Positions 12,531-24,502 are shown, numbered from the stretch's first letter. The stretch is DNA of 64,000 bases from Phaeosaccion multiseriatum (GCA_965112735.1 OZ218957.1:2418001-2482000); one strand, 5' to 3'. The notes: generated from the letters alone by a model not told the origin. Program-made: numbers and translations.

Positions 12531-15500
12531 GGCGAGAGAGGAGAGAGTGTGACAGAAGCGCATCCGTCGATTCTGAACCTTTTATGCCATGATGTTTGCC
12601 TGGCATGTGCTTGCGTGCGGTGTCACTACTCGCACTTGCTCTCACTTACTCACTCACTCACTCACTCACTCACTCACTCACTCACTCACTCACTCACGCC
12701 TTAACCTACTCACTCACTCACTAACTCACTCACTGACTTATACCCGCCCATCCACATACCATAGCATCTGTCCCACATTCCTGCTCCCTCCGCACACACA
12801 CCTACTGACCTACGCCGCACTTTTATGCCACAATCTCTCACAGTGCGCAATTGCTGATCCTAATGAGGAGGAGTTCACATGGCGAATGGTCTTCAGAGAC
12901 ACTGATGCCGACGGGTGCCCTTTCGGCTACACATCGGTGGGTGCGGTGTGAAGGGTTAGGGTCAGGGTCAGGGGACGCAAGGTCCGGCTGACTGGAGTAC
13001 CATGGTAGCTTTCTTTTAGGACCCGACGCTCTCTTTCCTCTTCTGTTGATCTTGTTTTTGCTGCTTGCTTGCGTACGTGTGTTTTTGTATGTGTGTGCGC
13101 GCGTGCGTGCGTGCGTGCGCGCATGTGTATGTGTTATGCCTCTCCTTGTAACCCGTGTGAGTCTCGGGTGTGGTGTGCACCCACCCACTCCCTCACACAC
13201 CCTCACTCATCCACCCCACCCATCCTCTCAGCTGACACTCACTCCACCTCTCACTCCACCCCCCTCCCCCGTCCGCCCGACCCAACCCTACCCGACAACA
13301 ACACCTGACCACTTGAAACAGCCGGTTACAATGGGGCACTACCAGTACATCGACTCGGTGACCGCCGACCCCATCCCCGTGCCGCAGGACATTGCCTTCA
13401 CCTCCGACCCGGTCAAGGAGGTTTCCGAATGCACAGATGGCGTCAGTGAGTCGTCGGCGCTGAACGGAGCAGGGCCGGAGGAGTGGTTGGGCAGCCTCAC
13501 GCTCACAAAGCAGTGCGACTGTCGCTGGAGGATCGACATGACATACAACGAGGACACCCCCGCCTTTGTGAATCACCCCTTTTTGGACCTGATTAGCTTC
13601 CGCGTGGTCCATTGGTGGGGAGGCACCATACCGCGCCTCGCCCTCCACCGACCCGGACAATTGACGTACACGACGGTTACGGGCAAGTTTGATTGTGATG
13701 TCGACCATGTCAACTTCCTTGTGGTCATGCTGGACGAGGCGGATGCGGAGCGAGGGCACATCCGACGAGACTCAACCTGTGCTCTGCCCGGGGCGTTGCT
13801 CAACATGTGCTTGGGAGAGGGCACCTACAGGTATTGGTGGTATGGTAGTTTGGTGTCGTCGTGTTGTGTTGGTGCGGTTGGTGCGGTTGCTGCTGCTGCT
13901 GCTGCTGCTGCTGCCGTGGCTTTGCATTTGGCCATTTTCGTGCTGTGATCCACTTGCTTCCTTGCCTTTCTACGCTCTACTGTTCTACTGTCTTGTCTGT
14001 CGATGGCTGACCCTCCTACGCCCTCTTCCTCCGCACGTGGTCTACTCTTCTTGTCCTATGCCTTCTTTCACCTTCTCACCTTCTCACTCACTCACTCCCT
14101 CACGGTAACTCTCCTCTCCAGCCTCACCCCCTTCCCCGCTACCCCTTTGCTCCTTCACCCTTTCCGTTAACCACAGCGGCGCCGACATCCGGTCTCAGTC
14201 CGACTCTCTGTGCAGCGGCTACTCCTTTGGAACGGGCAACCCGGGGAGTCAGCACACCAGCGGCACCCTGACGTCAGACTGCCCCCTCACTTCGGAAACC
14301 TTCACGGGTAAGAAGGCAACCAATGGTCCTGAGGGTACGAAGGAAGGAAGGAAGAAGCAGACCTCTTCCTCCCGCAGTTCCTCGGTTTTTTGCCTGCCAT
14401 AGCAGTGAAGGAGGGAGGGAGTGGGTTCGTGAGTGAGTGAGTGAATTAGTGATTGTGACTCTGGGGTTTTTTGGTGTGCCTCTGGGCACTTATTGGTCTA
14501 TCCTCCGAGCGCACGAGAGGCAGTTTCAGAAACGTGTGGCTTGGCCACTTAAGGGAGGGGTTCTTTCTTTTTTACTCCTTCCTTAACTCTCTTTCTGCTG
14601 TTGCAACTGCTCTGCTGCCTCTGCTGCTTGCCACCTCCCTCCTCTCAACTCTCCTCGCATGCGTGCCCTCACTCTTGGCACACACACAACAACCACACCG
14701 CATCCCACCGCTCCAACCAAACACGCCACCACAACGGCATGAAAAACCGAAGCCCCTACCCCTGTACCTACAGTCCCGCCAACTGTACCGCCAACTGTAC
14801 CGCCAACTGTACCGCCAACTGTACCACCAACAGCACCACCAACAGCACCACCAACAGCACCACCAACGGCACCATCAACAGCACCACCAACAGCACCACC
14901 AACAGCACCACCAACAGCACCACCAACAGCACCACCAACAGCACCACCAACAGCACCACCAACAGCACCACCAACAGCACCACCAACAGCACCCCCCACC
15001 CCAACCCCCACAGCCCCACCCACGGCTCCTCCCACAACTGGCGACGCAGTGGACTGCACCTCGCTAGGGTGGGCCGGTAGCTGCGGTACCTTCACCGATG
15101 CCGGCTCGTGCAACTGCTGGACCACCTCGGCCTTTGGGTGCTCGTGGTCCGGCAACAGCTGCGGCACCGGTGGCGGCAGTGGCCCTACCCCCACGCCTCC
15201 TCCCATGGCGACCCCCACGGCCCCGCCTACCACGCCCCCGACCGGTCCTCCCGCCACCACCACCACTCCCCCCACCACTCCGCCCACCCCACCCCCCACC
15301 ACTGGTGAGGCGGTGGACTGCACGCGGCTGGGGTGGGCGGGCAGCTGTGGCGCTTTCACAGATGCCGGCTCGTGCAACTGCTGGACGACCTCCTCCTTCG
15401 GGTGCACGTGGTCCGGCAACAGCTGCGGCACTGGCGGCGGTGGTGGTCCTACGCCTACTCCTCCCACCCCAACCCCCACCCCCCCTCCTGTCGCCGCCCC

Positions 15501-15675
15501 TACGTCTCCCCCTGTGGCTGCCCCCTCGCCTCCCACGGGAGGTGGGATTGACTGCACACAGCTGGGCTGGCGAGGAGGATGTGACAGTTACACGACCGAG
15601 GCCTCGTGTGAGTGCTGGGCGGGATCGGCTTTCGCGTGTGGCTGGAGCAGCGCGGAGCAGGAGTGCAGCAACTAA
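11253..15675 (+). CDS. Secreted/cell-surface protein: signal peptide, two related N-terminal domains, Pro/Thr mucin linkers, three Cys/Trp-rich modules
   Basis: Exons 11253-11349, 11470-11531, 11648-11676, 12080-12182, 12349-12444, 12844-12936, 13322-13830, 14177-14307, 14753-15675 are all phase-compatible. Contains (TAPP/TVPP)n and three copies of DCTxLGWxGxCxxxTxxxSCxCWxxSxFxCxWSxxxC. Confidence 0.8.
11785..11989. mobile_element. Degenerate intronic MITE, same subfamily as 21260-21725
   Basis: Right end GGGGTCGA intact; internal GCTAT + CCGGCGCCAGCCGGC repeats; left end and TSD eroded. Confidence 0.6.
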
Positions 15676-15697
15676 GTCGTGATGGGGATGTAGGGTA

Positions 15698-15728
<31 letters not shown>

Positions 15729-17181
15729 GCTGGAGAGAGGGATGGAGGGGAAGAGAGAGAGAGAGGTGGAGAGGGAGGGAGGGAGGAAGGGAAGGAGAGA
15801 AGGAGAGAAGGAGGAGCCTACCTACCCACACTGGGCCGTGATGCCTGAAGAGTGATGTTTGACGGGATGGGGGCTTTGCCAACGGAGGGGCCTTACAGAG
15901 ACTCACAGGAATCAACCAAGATTTTGGAAGTACGCCAACGGAGGGGAGGAAGGAACGGATTGGGGACGGTGGCCGAGTGACAGACCGAGCCTACCCTGCA
16001 ATACGTACGTTATCGAGTGTGGACGGGGGGCGAGTGATAGGGCCTACGACGAAGGGTACAATGAAACTCGTGCCAAGGCCCCTGCAGGGATGGGGGGGGG
16101 TGAAGGAAGTGAGGTAGGGAGGCCTGCCTGTCTAGGGTAACAAGATGGGGAGTGATGTGTGCCTTTGCTTTTTTATTGAAATTAATTTTAATTAATTTTA
16201 ATTAAAAAAATACTTCGAAATATGCTATTTCGTTAACACGTTACCACCATTGTGGTTGTGGTGGCCTTTTTGGGCCCCAGACCACCCCACTTGTCGCGGG
16301 GTTTGGGCGGTCACAATCCTCAATCCTCTCTTGGAAATTAAACTCTCCCCTCTCAGCGCGGGGGTCCTGTAAATCAGCTGCTGTAAATGGCCGTAAGTCA
16401 CAAATGGTCAAATTCTACGGACCCCCCGCAATGGACCGTCCGCATATTGGGGGGGGTCTACTATACAGTGTTGCCAGCAGGTGGATAGGTGACCACGTCA
16501 TAGCTCATGTATTTTCAAGGCAATGAAAGGAAAGGAAAAGAGAGTGGAGAAGGCTATAAAAGGGCGGTATGGATCTGACAGAGCTGAGAAATGCTATTCA
16601 TCACTGGCGGTGGTGGCATCATTCACCCACTCACTCAAGTGAGGCGAGCGAAGGAGCGCGATAGTCCGGAAAAAGGCTGATGTGATCAATTTAATTATAT
16701 AATTAAAACTAACACTATTATAACCATTGGTGGTACCTTAATCACGGAGGGAAAGGCAATCTTTCTGGCTGCCTCTCTGAAGCTTCAGTTTCAGTCCATG
16801 ACGTTTTTGCGCTGCGCATCTCCTCCCCCAAGGGGGAGGTCCGCGCTGCACTACAAAGGAGCTACAGTCATCGCTACGTTGGTAACTTAACAACTACCTA
16901 AACACTTTTCTAAGCGCTCTCTCTTCTCTCTCACTGCGGCTACGTGTACGGTAGGTGGTCCCTTATAAATCGAACCCTTCTACTACCATTCTCTTTAAAG
17001 TCTCTTGTGCTGTACACCAATACCAATACCCCCACCCATCAATGTGCTGTCTGTGTACAGGAAAGTATAAAGGCAGAAGATACACCCATTCATCACCCCC
17101 TGTACGACGAAAGAAAGATGCTCTTTCTTCCTCTCCCCTTCTCTCTTCACCCTACTCCCCTACCCACCTCCTTTCGTCTAC

Positions 17182-20095
17182 TCAGCACTGCGTGGCGTAG
17201 TCCGTAATGCCCGACGACGGACAGAGAACAATGTTCTCGTTGTTAAACTCAGGGTAGGCCAAGATACCTGCCGCGGCACCCGCGCACGTCAACCAGCAGC
17301 CTCTGCACTGCTGCCCGAGGCCCATGTAGTTACACAGTAGGCCGGCGGATTCACCCAGACACACCTCGGGGTCGGCATAGACGCTCTTGTCAAAGCCCTC
17401 CATGAGCATCTTGGCCACATCTGAGTGTGGCTGGCACTCTCCCGTCTGCCCGGGCGGTGACACGTTTCCTCCGTCTTCCCTCGGCCCGTCTCCACCTCCG
17501 TTGGCCAGGAGCGCCTCGCAGGAGACCCACGATCCCCTTCCACAGAATCTGCACTGGGTACCACTGCCGTGTGCGTTGCAGCCGATGCCTGTTTTGGAGG
17601 AGTAAGGGGAGGAGAGGAGGGAGGAGGGTTAACTCAAACGGACCTCTTTGCTCTCTTTTGCTCCGGCTTCCCTGTCGCGCCCTTCTCCCCCCCCCCCCAT
17701 TATCAGCGGCATCTTCCGCTTCGAGCTTACCTCCGTTGTCGGCGCAGGTGGAGTCGTTGTAGCAAGGGTAGGCCTCCGTGCATTGGTCCTGCATTCATGT
17801 GATATCACACAAACATACAGAGAGAAATGAGCCGGTCACGTCAGTCAATCAGTCGCTCAGTCAAGTGAGTGAGTCAGTCCGATTGGCCCCTACCCTAGCC
17901 CACAAATCAATGAAAGGTAGGCAACAGACATGGACATAAAACAACAAAAAATGGCTCCAAACCCCAAGCACCCTTTTCCCTCTCCCTCTCTCTGTGACTC
18001 ACCGAGCAGTACACCGTCCCATCCTGCGTAGGCGTGGGGGCGGAATCGGAGGGGACAGCCGTGGCCTCTGGGGTAGGGGCGTTCGACACAGAAGGTAGAA
18101 GCACGCCATCAATCGTGTGTACCACGCCGTTGCAGGCGAGGATATCCGTGCCAGTAATAGATGAAGTTGCGCCAGAACCGTCGGTGATGACGGCGTCAGC
18201 GCTCACGTCGAAGCTGCCTCCGCTGAGCGTGATGACGGTGGTGCCGAGGACATCGGCGGCAAGCAAGGTGCCTTCAGTGACATGGTAGAGCAGGACGGAT
18301 TGGACGACGGTCATATCCAGAGTGGTGATGTCCGTGCACGTTTCAGTCGCCTTGGCGGCGGCGCTGAGAGGGGGGAGGGGGAGAGGAGGGGAGGCGAGAA
18401 GGAGGTACAAAGGCACAAACCGAGAAGAGATAGAGAGAGGAGGAGGAGGGACGTGGGAGGCGAGGGTCAGAAAAATAGGGAGGGACGCAAAACAGGGAGG
18501 CAGAGGGGGGTGGAGGGTTCGGGTGCGTTCGTCCTTCCAACTTTCGTACCATACACAGCCAAATCTCTGCTGCAAAAACTCACCAAAGTCCGGCAGCAGC
18601 GAAGGCCTCGTCATCAGGTGCGAACAAAGTCAGCTGTGAGGGAGGGAGGCGGACGGATGAGAAAAAAAGAAAGAGCAAAAGAGCAGAGGCGAGGGAGGGG
18701 GCTGTTGTGAGAGGAGGTAGGGACTGTACGAAACAAAGAGTACCCTACACAAAATATACCACAAGACTCCCACACAGTCAGGAGAGAGCAGAGAGCGAGC
18801 AACCAAACAAAAGCTTTGGCTTCGACGAACGGACGGGTCGTACCTCATCGCCGGCGAGGTAGGCGCCGAGCCCGTCCACAGAGGCGACGGCGTCCATGAG
18901 GGCGTCGTAGTCTCCGTTCGAGTTGACTGCATCGAGTAGCGTGACAATGTCTTCGCAATCGTCACTCTCGGCTTGGGTGGGCTCGACAGTCGGTGCCTCT
19001 GTCGGCTCCTCCTCCTCCTCCTCCTCCTCCTCCTCCTCTGCAGGCGGCTCGGTGGGTGTTACAACTGCAACAGGAGGCCCTCCTCCCTCGCTAGCCGTTG
19101 GGGCTTCTGTTGGTGGGGTGGTGGGTGCTGTGGTGGCCTCTGCTGTCGGGGAAGCTGTCGGCGGTGGATTGATTGGGGCCGCTGTTGGGTCGGGCCCCGT
19201 TCCCACGGGAGGGACGAGGAGGGCATCGACGACGTGGACCACACCATTGCAGGCAATATTGTCCGTGGTTACGATGGTGGAAGACCCGCCCGTGGAGTCT
19301 GAGATGACCCCGCTGTCGCTCACTTGAAAGGAGCCTCCCTCAAGGGTGTCCACGGTAGTCCCCAGGACATCAGCCGCCAACACGGTGCCAGGCGTCACAT
19401 GGTAGAGCAGAATTTCTGTGAGCGTGCCGAGATTCAAGGTGAGAATGTCCGCGCAAGCCGGGCCCTCGGTGGCTGACGAACTGTGGTGTGATGATAAGCA
19501 GGAGGAATGAGGAGGGGCGTTCGTTTGGTAGCACAGGAGCAAGGGCGTTCCCAGCGGGGAAAAACGGGCGGTGGGGAATCAGGCGTGTGCGGCGCGTGCG
19601 TGTGCGTGTTATAAGTAATGTTCGTCTGCATGCACTCACCAGAGTCCAGCGATCTCAAACGCCTCATCCGTGGGAGCGAACAAGGTCAACTGAGGAAGAG
19701 GGTACGCAGTAGGGGGAGAGCGGGAGAATTAGCGTCATAGCGCAGAGGAAGGACGGGAACACCGCGCTTCCCATAGTCCTTGCAAAGAGGCAAGAACAGA
19801 AGAAGGCACGGACAGAGAACAGAGCAGAGGGCCTCCCCCGCATACACTCATGTCCTCCCTTCACCTGCACCGGGGACCCACCAACCAAGGCCAACCAGTC
19901 TCTCACCTCTGTCGTGCTCAGGGTGTCAGCCAGGCCGTCGACAAAAGTCACCGCCTCAATGAGTGTCTCGAAGGTGCCGATGTCCTGCAGAAGCTCCACG
20001 ATGTTTCTGCACGGTGGTGCAGGTGGACTAGGACTTGACGCCTCACAGCAGCCGAGGAGGATGAATGCCAACACAGGAGCAAGTCGAGTCATCAT
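17182..20095 (-). CDS. Secreted fasciclin (2x FAS1) protein with C-terminal Cys-rich CRFC/CRGC modules
   Basis: Exons 20095-19907, 19689-19640, 19480-18844, 18633-18584, 18363-18003, 17788-17731, 17588-17182. FAS1 H1 motifs LTLFAPTDEAF and LTLFAPDDEAF, LLYHV, H2 motifs ACNGVVHVVDALL and ACNGVVHTIDGVL; signal peptide; GIGCNAHGSGTQCRFCG. Confidence 0.9.
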
Positions 20096-20712
20096 TTTTT
20101 CTGTTCTGCAGCTTCCCCGGTCTCTCCTTCTGCTGCTGGTTTTGTTTTCGCAAAAGTAACTCAACTTTTCCCTGATGAGTAGTGCAACCTACTACAGGGG
20201 TTAAGGGAGGGAGTGAGCAAATGGCGCGAGTAGGGGGGCACGGAGATGTACAGTGCAGAGTAGGTTCAGCACGGGAAAATCTAGCGCCGAATTTTTTGTT
20301 GAATGTGAGCCAGAAATTGTATCACCAACATGTACTGGAACAGTTTCTCCATTTTCTGTCCCCTCTCGATCCCCTCATGGCCCCAAAGTGGGTGTTTCAG
20401 CTTTGCAAATTTCTGTAGCCTGAAAGGCATGAACGTGGGGAGCTTCATACCAAGAATTAGTATCCCCCTCCTGTTAGAGTGTCGATACCATACTATGAGC
20501 GGCCGGGAGTGCCAAAAAAAAAATAATAAGGGCGGGGCTGAAGAAATATCCTCTCAACGCGCCCTGTGTTTCGAAGCTGGGCTTGCTGGGGGTTGGATCC
20601 TCCCAGGGCCTAAAGGCTGCCAAAACTGAAAAAACTAGAAGGGTTTGAGCGGCGGGATTCGACCGCATCCGGCCTCGGTCACTCTTCTTCACTCACCCAC
20701 TCCTTCTTCTCG

Positions 20713-21018
20713 ACTCACTCACTCACTCACTCACTCACTCACTCACTCACTCACTCACTCACTCACTCACTCACTCACTCACTCACTCACTCACTCACTC
20801 ACTCACTCACTCACTCACTCACTCACTCACTCACTCACTCACTCACTCACTCACTCACTCACTCACTCACTCACTCACTCACTCACTCACTCACTCACTC
20901 ACTCACTCACTCACTCACTCACTCACTCACTCACTCACTCACTCACTCACTCACTCACTCACTCACTCATTCAGTCAATCACTCACTCACTCACTCACTT
21001 ACTCACTCGCTCACTCAC
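20713..21018. repeat. (ACTC)n tetranucleotide microsatellite, ~300 bp
   Basis: Direct reading. Confidence 0.97.
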
Positions 21019-21024
21019 ACACCC

Positions 21025-21143
21025 TCGGCCCCTGACATGCTTCTGAGACAGGCCAGCCCAGAAGCAGGAAGCAGGCCGGCTGGCACCGGCCAGAAGCAGG
21101 AAGCAGGGTCGCCTCAGAAGCATGGCTGTCGCTCAGGGGCCGA
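21025..21143. mobile_element. MITE (119 bp), TIR TCGGCCCCTGA, 6-bp TSD ACACCC
   Basis: TSD at 21019-21024 and 21144-21149; inner inverted repeat CATGCTTCTGAG; internal GAAGCAG repeats. Confidence 0.85.
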
Positions 21144-21259
21144 ACACCCACTCACTCACTCACTTGGCTTGGGTGACTGCCATTGCAGGCGCAGCTTCTC
21201 TCCCTCGGCCCTGTAGCGTTGGTGAACTTTTGCTACCTATCTGTGACTCACTCTCAAAG

Positions 21260-21725
21260 TCGACCCCTGACACACTATCCGCTATCCGCTATCGCCGGCG
21301 CCAGCCGGCGCGCTATCCGCTATCGGCCGGCGCCAGCCGGCGCGCTATCCGCTATCGGCCGGCGCCAGCCGGCACGCTATCCGCTATCGGCCGCGGCCGA
21401 TAGCGCGCTATCGAGAATGTGGGCGATAGTGTGTCATCGGCTCCAGGCGAGGTTTCTCGGGCCCCCGATAAAGCAGAAGCCTGCGGCGGCCTGCGGCCGA
21501 AAGTAAGAAGCCTGCGGCTGGCCTGCGGCCAGAAGCCTGCAGAAAGTAGCGAAAAGCCTGCCAAGTCCCCCATTTTTCTCCCAGCCTGCGAAGCCTGAAG
21601 CCTGACCACTGGCCTGCGGCCAGAAGCCTGCGCTGGCCTGCGGCCAGAAGCCCGAAGCCTGGAGGAGGCTACGGCCCAGCCTAAAGCCCGAGAAACCTCG
21701 CCTGGAGCCGAGTGTCAGGGGTCGA
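21260..21725. mobile_element. MITE, TIR TCGACCCCTGACACACTATC, 6-bp TSD TCAAAG; right TIR interrupted by a nested MITE
   Basis: TSD at 21254-21259 and 21726-21731; internal CGCTATC repeats with CCGGCGCCAGCCGGC spacers. Confidence 0.88.
21437..21711. mobile_element. Nested MITE (275 bp), TIR TCGGCTCCAGGCGAGGTTTCTCGGGC, 6-bp TSD GTGTCA
   Basis: 26-bp perfect TIR; TSD at 21431-21436 and 21712-21717; internal GAAGCCT repeats. Confidence 0.9.
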
Positions 21726-21900
21726 TCAAAGGTGATGGAGGTTTCCGATGTGGCATAACTTGCTTCTCCCATGAAAAAGAAACACAGCCCCACTTTTATC
21801 TTTTAAATAGGGGGGGGATGGAGGAAGGTGGCTGTCTCAGAGAGGCCTGGCGTAGAGACACAGCTCCACACCTTCCATGTGGGCATGTGGAGGACATGGT

Positions 21901-21981
<81 letters not shown>

Positions 21982-22039
21982 TTTCTCGTTTTTGTGCTGA
22001 AGGCATACTCTCTCCCCTGCTGGCTGGGATAAATGCAGT

Positions 22040-22233
22040 TGCCTGTGTCGACGCCTCCTGCCTCGACCTCAGCTGTTGCTCCTCATGCTCCACCTCTTCT
22101 AGTAGGAGAGGGAGAAATACACAGGCGGCCGCACGAGGAAGAGGAGCTTGTGAACAGCCGCAACTACCCACAAGCAGAGGTGGAGCATGACAAGCAACAG
22201 CTGAGGTCGAGGCAGGAGGACTCGACACAGGCA
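22040..22233. repeat. Imperfect inverted repeat, ~58-bp arms and ~78-bp loop
   Basis: 22040-22097 is the reverse complement of 22176-22233 with a few mismatches. Confidence 0.85.
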
Positions 22234-22591
22234 GACGGTCTAGCAAACACGCCTTCAGCGGTAGCCCGAGAAGTAAGCAACTCGCTACATCTACTGATCT
22301 GGACGAGCTTCGTTCGCTCCCAGCCAGGCCCTCGGGTGGTGCGAGAGAACAGGCATCAGTGAATTGGTCAGATGTATACTGGGTGGCTGGCGCCAGCAGG
22401 CATTGGAGCAGAAGTTGGTAACCCTGCAGTCAGCGCTGCTTGCTTCGTACTGACCGCTTCTGCGGTCTGGCACGTGGACGGACTGGCACACTAGATGGCG
22501 CGGGAGCTCATGGATCGACATGGCAGCAAAGCGTGGCTGGTATGGGGAGAGAATGGTGTGGAGTGGAGCGCAGCAGAGAATAGAGGAGGGT

Positions 22592-22751
22592 CCACCGAGT
22601 TGGTGAGAGTTTGTGGACCAGTGTCCATGCCCACCGAGTTGGTGAGAGTTTGTGGACCAGTGTCCATGCCCACCGAGTTGGTGAGAGTTTGTGGACCAGT
22701 GTCCATGCCCACCGAGTTGGTGAGAGTTTGTGGACCAGTGTCCATGCCCAC
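22592..22751. repeat. 39-bp minisatellite, 4 perfect copies
   Basis: CCACCGAGTTGGTGAGAGTTTGTGGACCAGTGTCCATGC at 22592, 22631, 22670, 22709. Confidence 0.95.
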
Positions 22752-23356
22752 TCAATCGAGTTATACTAGGCTGGGGGTGGGGTCTTCGTAGCTTGAGGGG
22801 GACAGACGGAAGCGGAGTAGTGGCCGACATGGCACCACATGGGCTGCGAGCAGCTGGAAGACATCCACGTGTGTTGGTTGGTATCCCTTGCCTGGCGGCA
22901 CCTCCCTGGACTTGTGAGGTGCCTCGGCGGGGTGGTTGTGTTCGTGCGTAGCTCGGTGTGGGGGGAGGCTTGGGCTGCTCGTGCTTGGCAATGTCTCGTG
23001 GTACACGTCCAGCCTAACCGCTCGCTCGAGCTTATCCCGATGGTGGGCGATACACTGAGGAGCAGCGGTGATTCATCAACAAGCGCCTCATTTCTATTCG
23101 GCTGCTTGACTCAGCGGATTTGGTGGGTTGTGACCCCATGTACGACGGAGAGCAGCTTTGGACCTAGCTTCGCTCGTGGATGGAGCAAGACAAGAGTGGG
23201 TTGGTACCTCCCTAGCGTGGCGGCGCTCGTGTGTAAGTGGGGACGAGTTTTGGTGACTGTTAGAGCCTTCTGGTGAGTTGGCTACTACGACCGTAGCTGC
23301 ATGCGCATTGCTAGGGGTGCTAGCTTGTCTCCTTCGTCTTGGGTTGGGGTTGCTAG

Positions 23357-23613
23357 TCGGCCCCCCGCGAGGTTTCTCTGGCTCCTGGCTTCTGGGCCGT
23401 AGCTCCCTTCTGGCTTCGGGCTTCTGGCCGCAGGCCAGCGCTGGCTTTTTGGCTTTCGGCCGTAGGCCGCCTCTGGCTTCTGGCTTGTCACTCTTTCCCG
23501 CTGGTGACTGCCTTCTGCTGGTCGCAGCCCAGCCCCTGGCTTCTCGGCTTTCGGCCGCAGGCCGCCTCTGGCTTCTGCCTACCGGGGGCCAGAGAAACCT
23601 CGCGGGGGGCCGA
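23357..23613. mobile_element. MITE (257 bp), TIR TCGGCCCCCCGCGAGGTTTCTCTGGC, 6-bp TSD TGCTAG
   Basis: 26-bp TIR; TSD at 23351-23356 and 23614-23619; internal GGCTTC repeats; related to 21437-21711 in opposite orientation. Confidence 0.9.
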
Positions 23614-24377
23614 TGCTAGTTCTTTCATATGAACGGCCTTGGGATTGCGCGGTCACTAGGCTGGTTATGGGGCTATACACGTACACTCCAGCTTACTTAT
23701 TCGTCTGAAGTTGTAGCTTTCGAGGTCAAGTCTCCTGAGGTGGTCTGTGTTCCTCGCTCAGCTCCCGTGCCTCCCTGCTAAACGGTGGACGGCAAGCCTT
23801 GAAAGGATGAGTGGACTGTACTCAAAGCTGCCTGAATACCCCATGACCCATTTGGAGTAGAGAATGTTTCGGGATGCACACCCTCGTATTCAACTAGGTT
23901 GCTTATTGGCGACTGAGCCACCTCACACACCTCAGATAACCAACAGAAGGGATCGATATCCTGTGTCGTCCGTGTAATACCTTTCCTAACTCCCTCTCTC
24001 TCTTGTCTTATCCTCCTCCTGCGACTGACCGTTCATTCAATTCGAGGCATCCCCCCAATTGGCGACGACAATCCGGATTCCAACATCCTAAGCACCTTTG
24101 AGACTCCACGCGACAGAGGCAGACCCAGTCGCGGTATTCGGTACTTCGAGTCCCGACAACACGCTATTGCACATTTGTCGATAGCCACGCTGTTGCCCCC
24201 TTGCGATTGGCGAAACGCTTTCCCTGCCCATAATTCGGCTCCAGACTGGCCTAGAAGCCTAGGCCTAGAGACGAAATTCGGCCGGCCTAGGGGGGCGGCA
24301 GGCCCCCGGCCTAGGCCTAGAGGGGGCCGCAGGTCCCCGGCCTAGGCCTATTTTTGGCGCAGCCCCCCCGGCCTAGG

Positions 24378-24502
24378 CCTGGACAAGATCACGGTGTGCG
24401 CCGGCCGTAACCAGTAATCAGCCCCCGGCCGGCGCAAAATCAGTAATCAGGCCGGCTGGTCACCGGCTGTAATCAGAATCAGATGATCTTGTCCAGGGTC
24501 GA
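24378..24502. mobile_element. Inner MITE copy A (TIR CCTGGACAAGATC...GATCTTGTCCAGGGTCGA), left tip eroded
   Basis: Internal TAATCAG repeats; direct-repeat homologue of 25905-26054. Confidence 0.7.

Larger units (their letters stand above)
20635..21818 (-). mobile_element. Putative non-autonomous Helitron-like element carrying a (GTGA)n tract and hosting nested MITEs
   Basis: On the minus strand it starts A|TCCCCCCCCTATTTAAAAGATAAAAGTG and ends with a short GC hairpin (GCGG..CCGC, 20652-20666) then CTAG|T. No TSD. The stem is only 4 bp, so support is weak. Confidence 0.4.

Noticed and set aside
12951-12974. Telomere-like TTAGGG/TCAGGG units
   Set aside because: Only ~3-4 degenerate units inside an intron
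14583-15557. Minus-strand (GGAV)n ORF and alternative-frame (HQQH)n and (TTNS)n ORFs
   Set aside because: Alternative readings of the 12-bp Pro/Thr linker repeat in the secreted protein
16268-16465. Weak inverted repeats (GGGGGTCC...GGACCCCC) suggesting another MITE
   Set aside because: No clear termini or TSD
20645-21046. (HSLT)n ORF
   Set aside because: Translation of the (ACTC)n microsatellite
22592-22751. CRISPR-like 39-bp repeats
   Set aside because: Head-to-tail with no spacers, no cas genes, eukaryotic context
22291-23276. Possible transposase or retroelement ORF remnants in the TE island (including a CxxxxFCSxxC stretch)
   Set aside because: No recognisable DDE, RT or Rep/helicase motifs; frames short and broken
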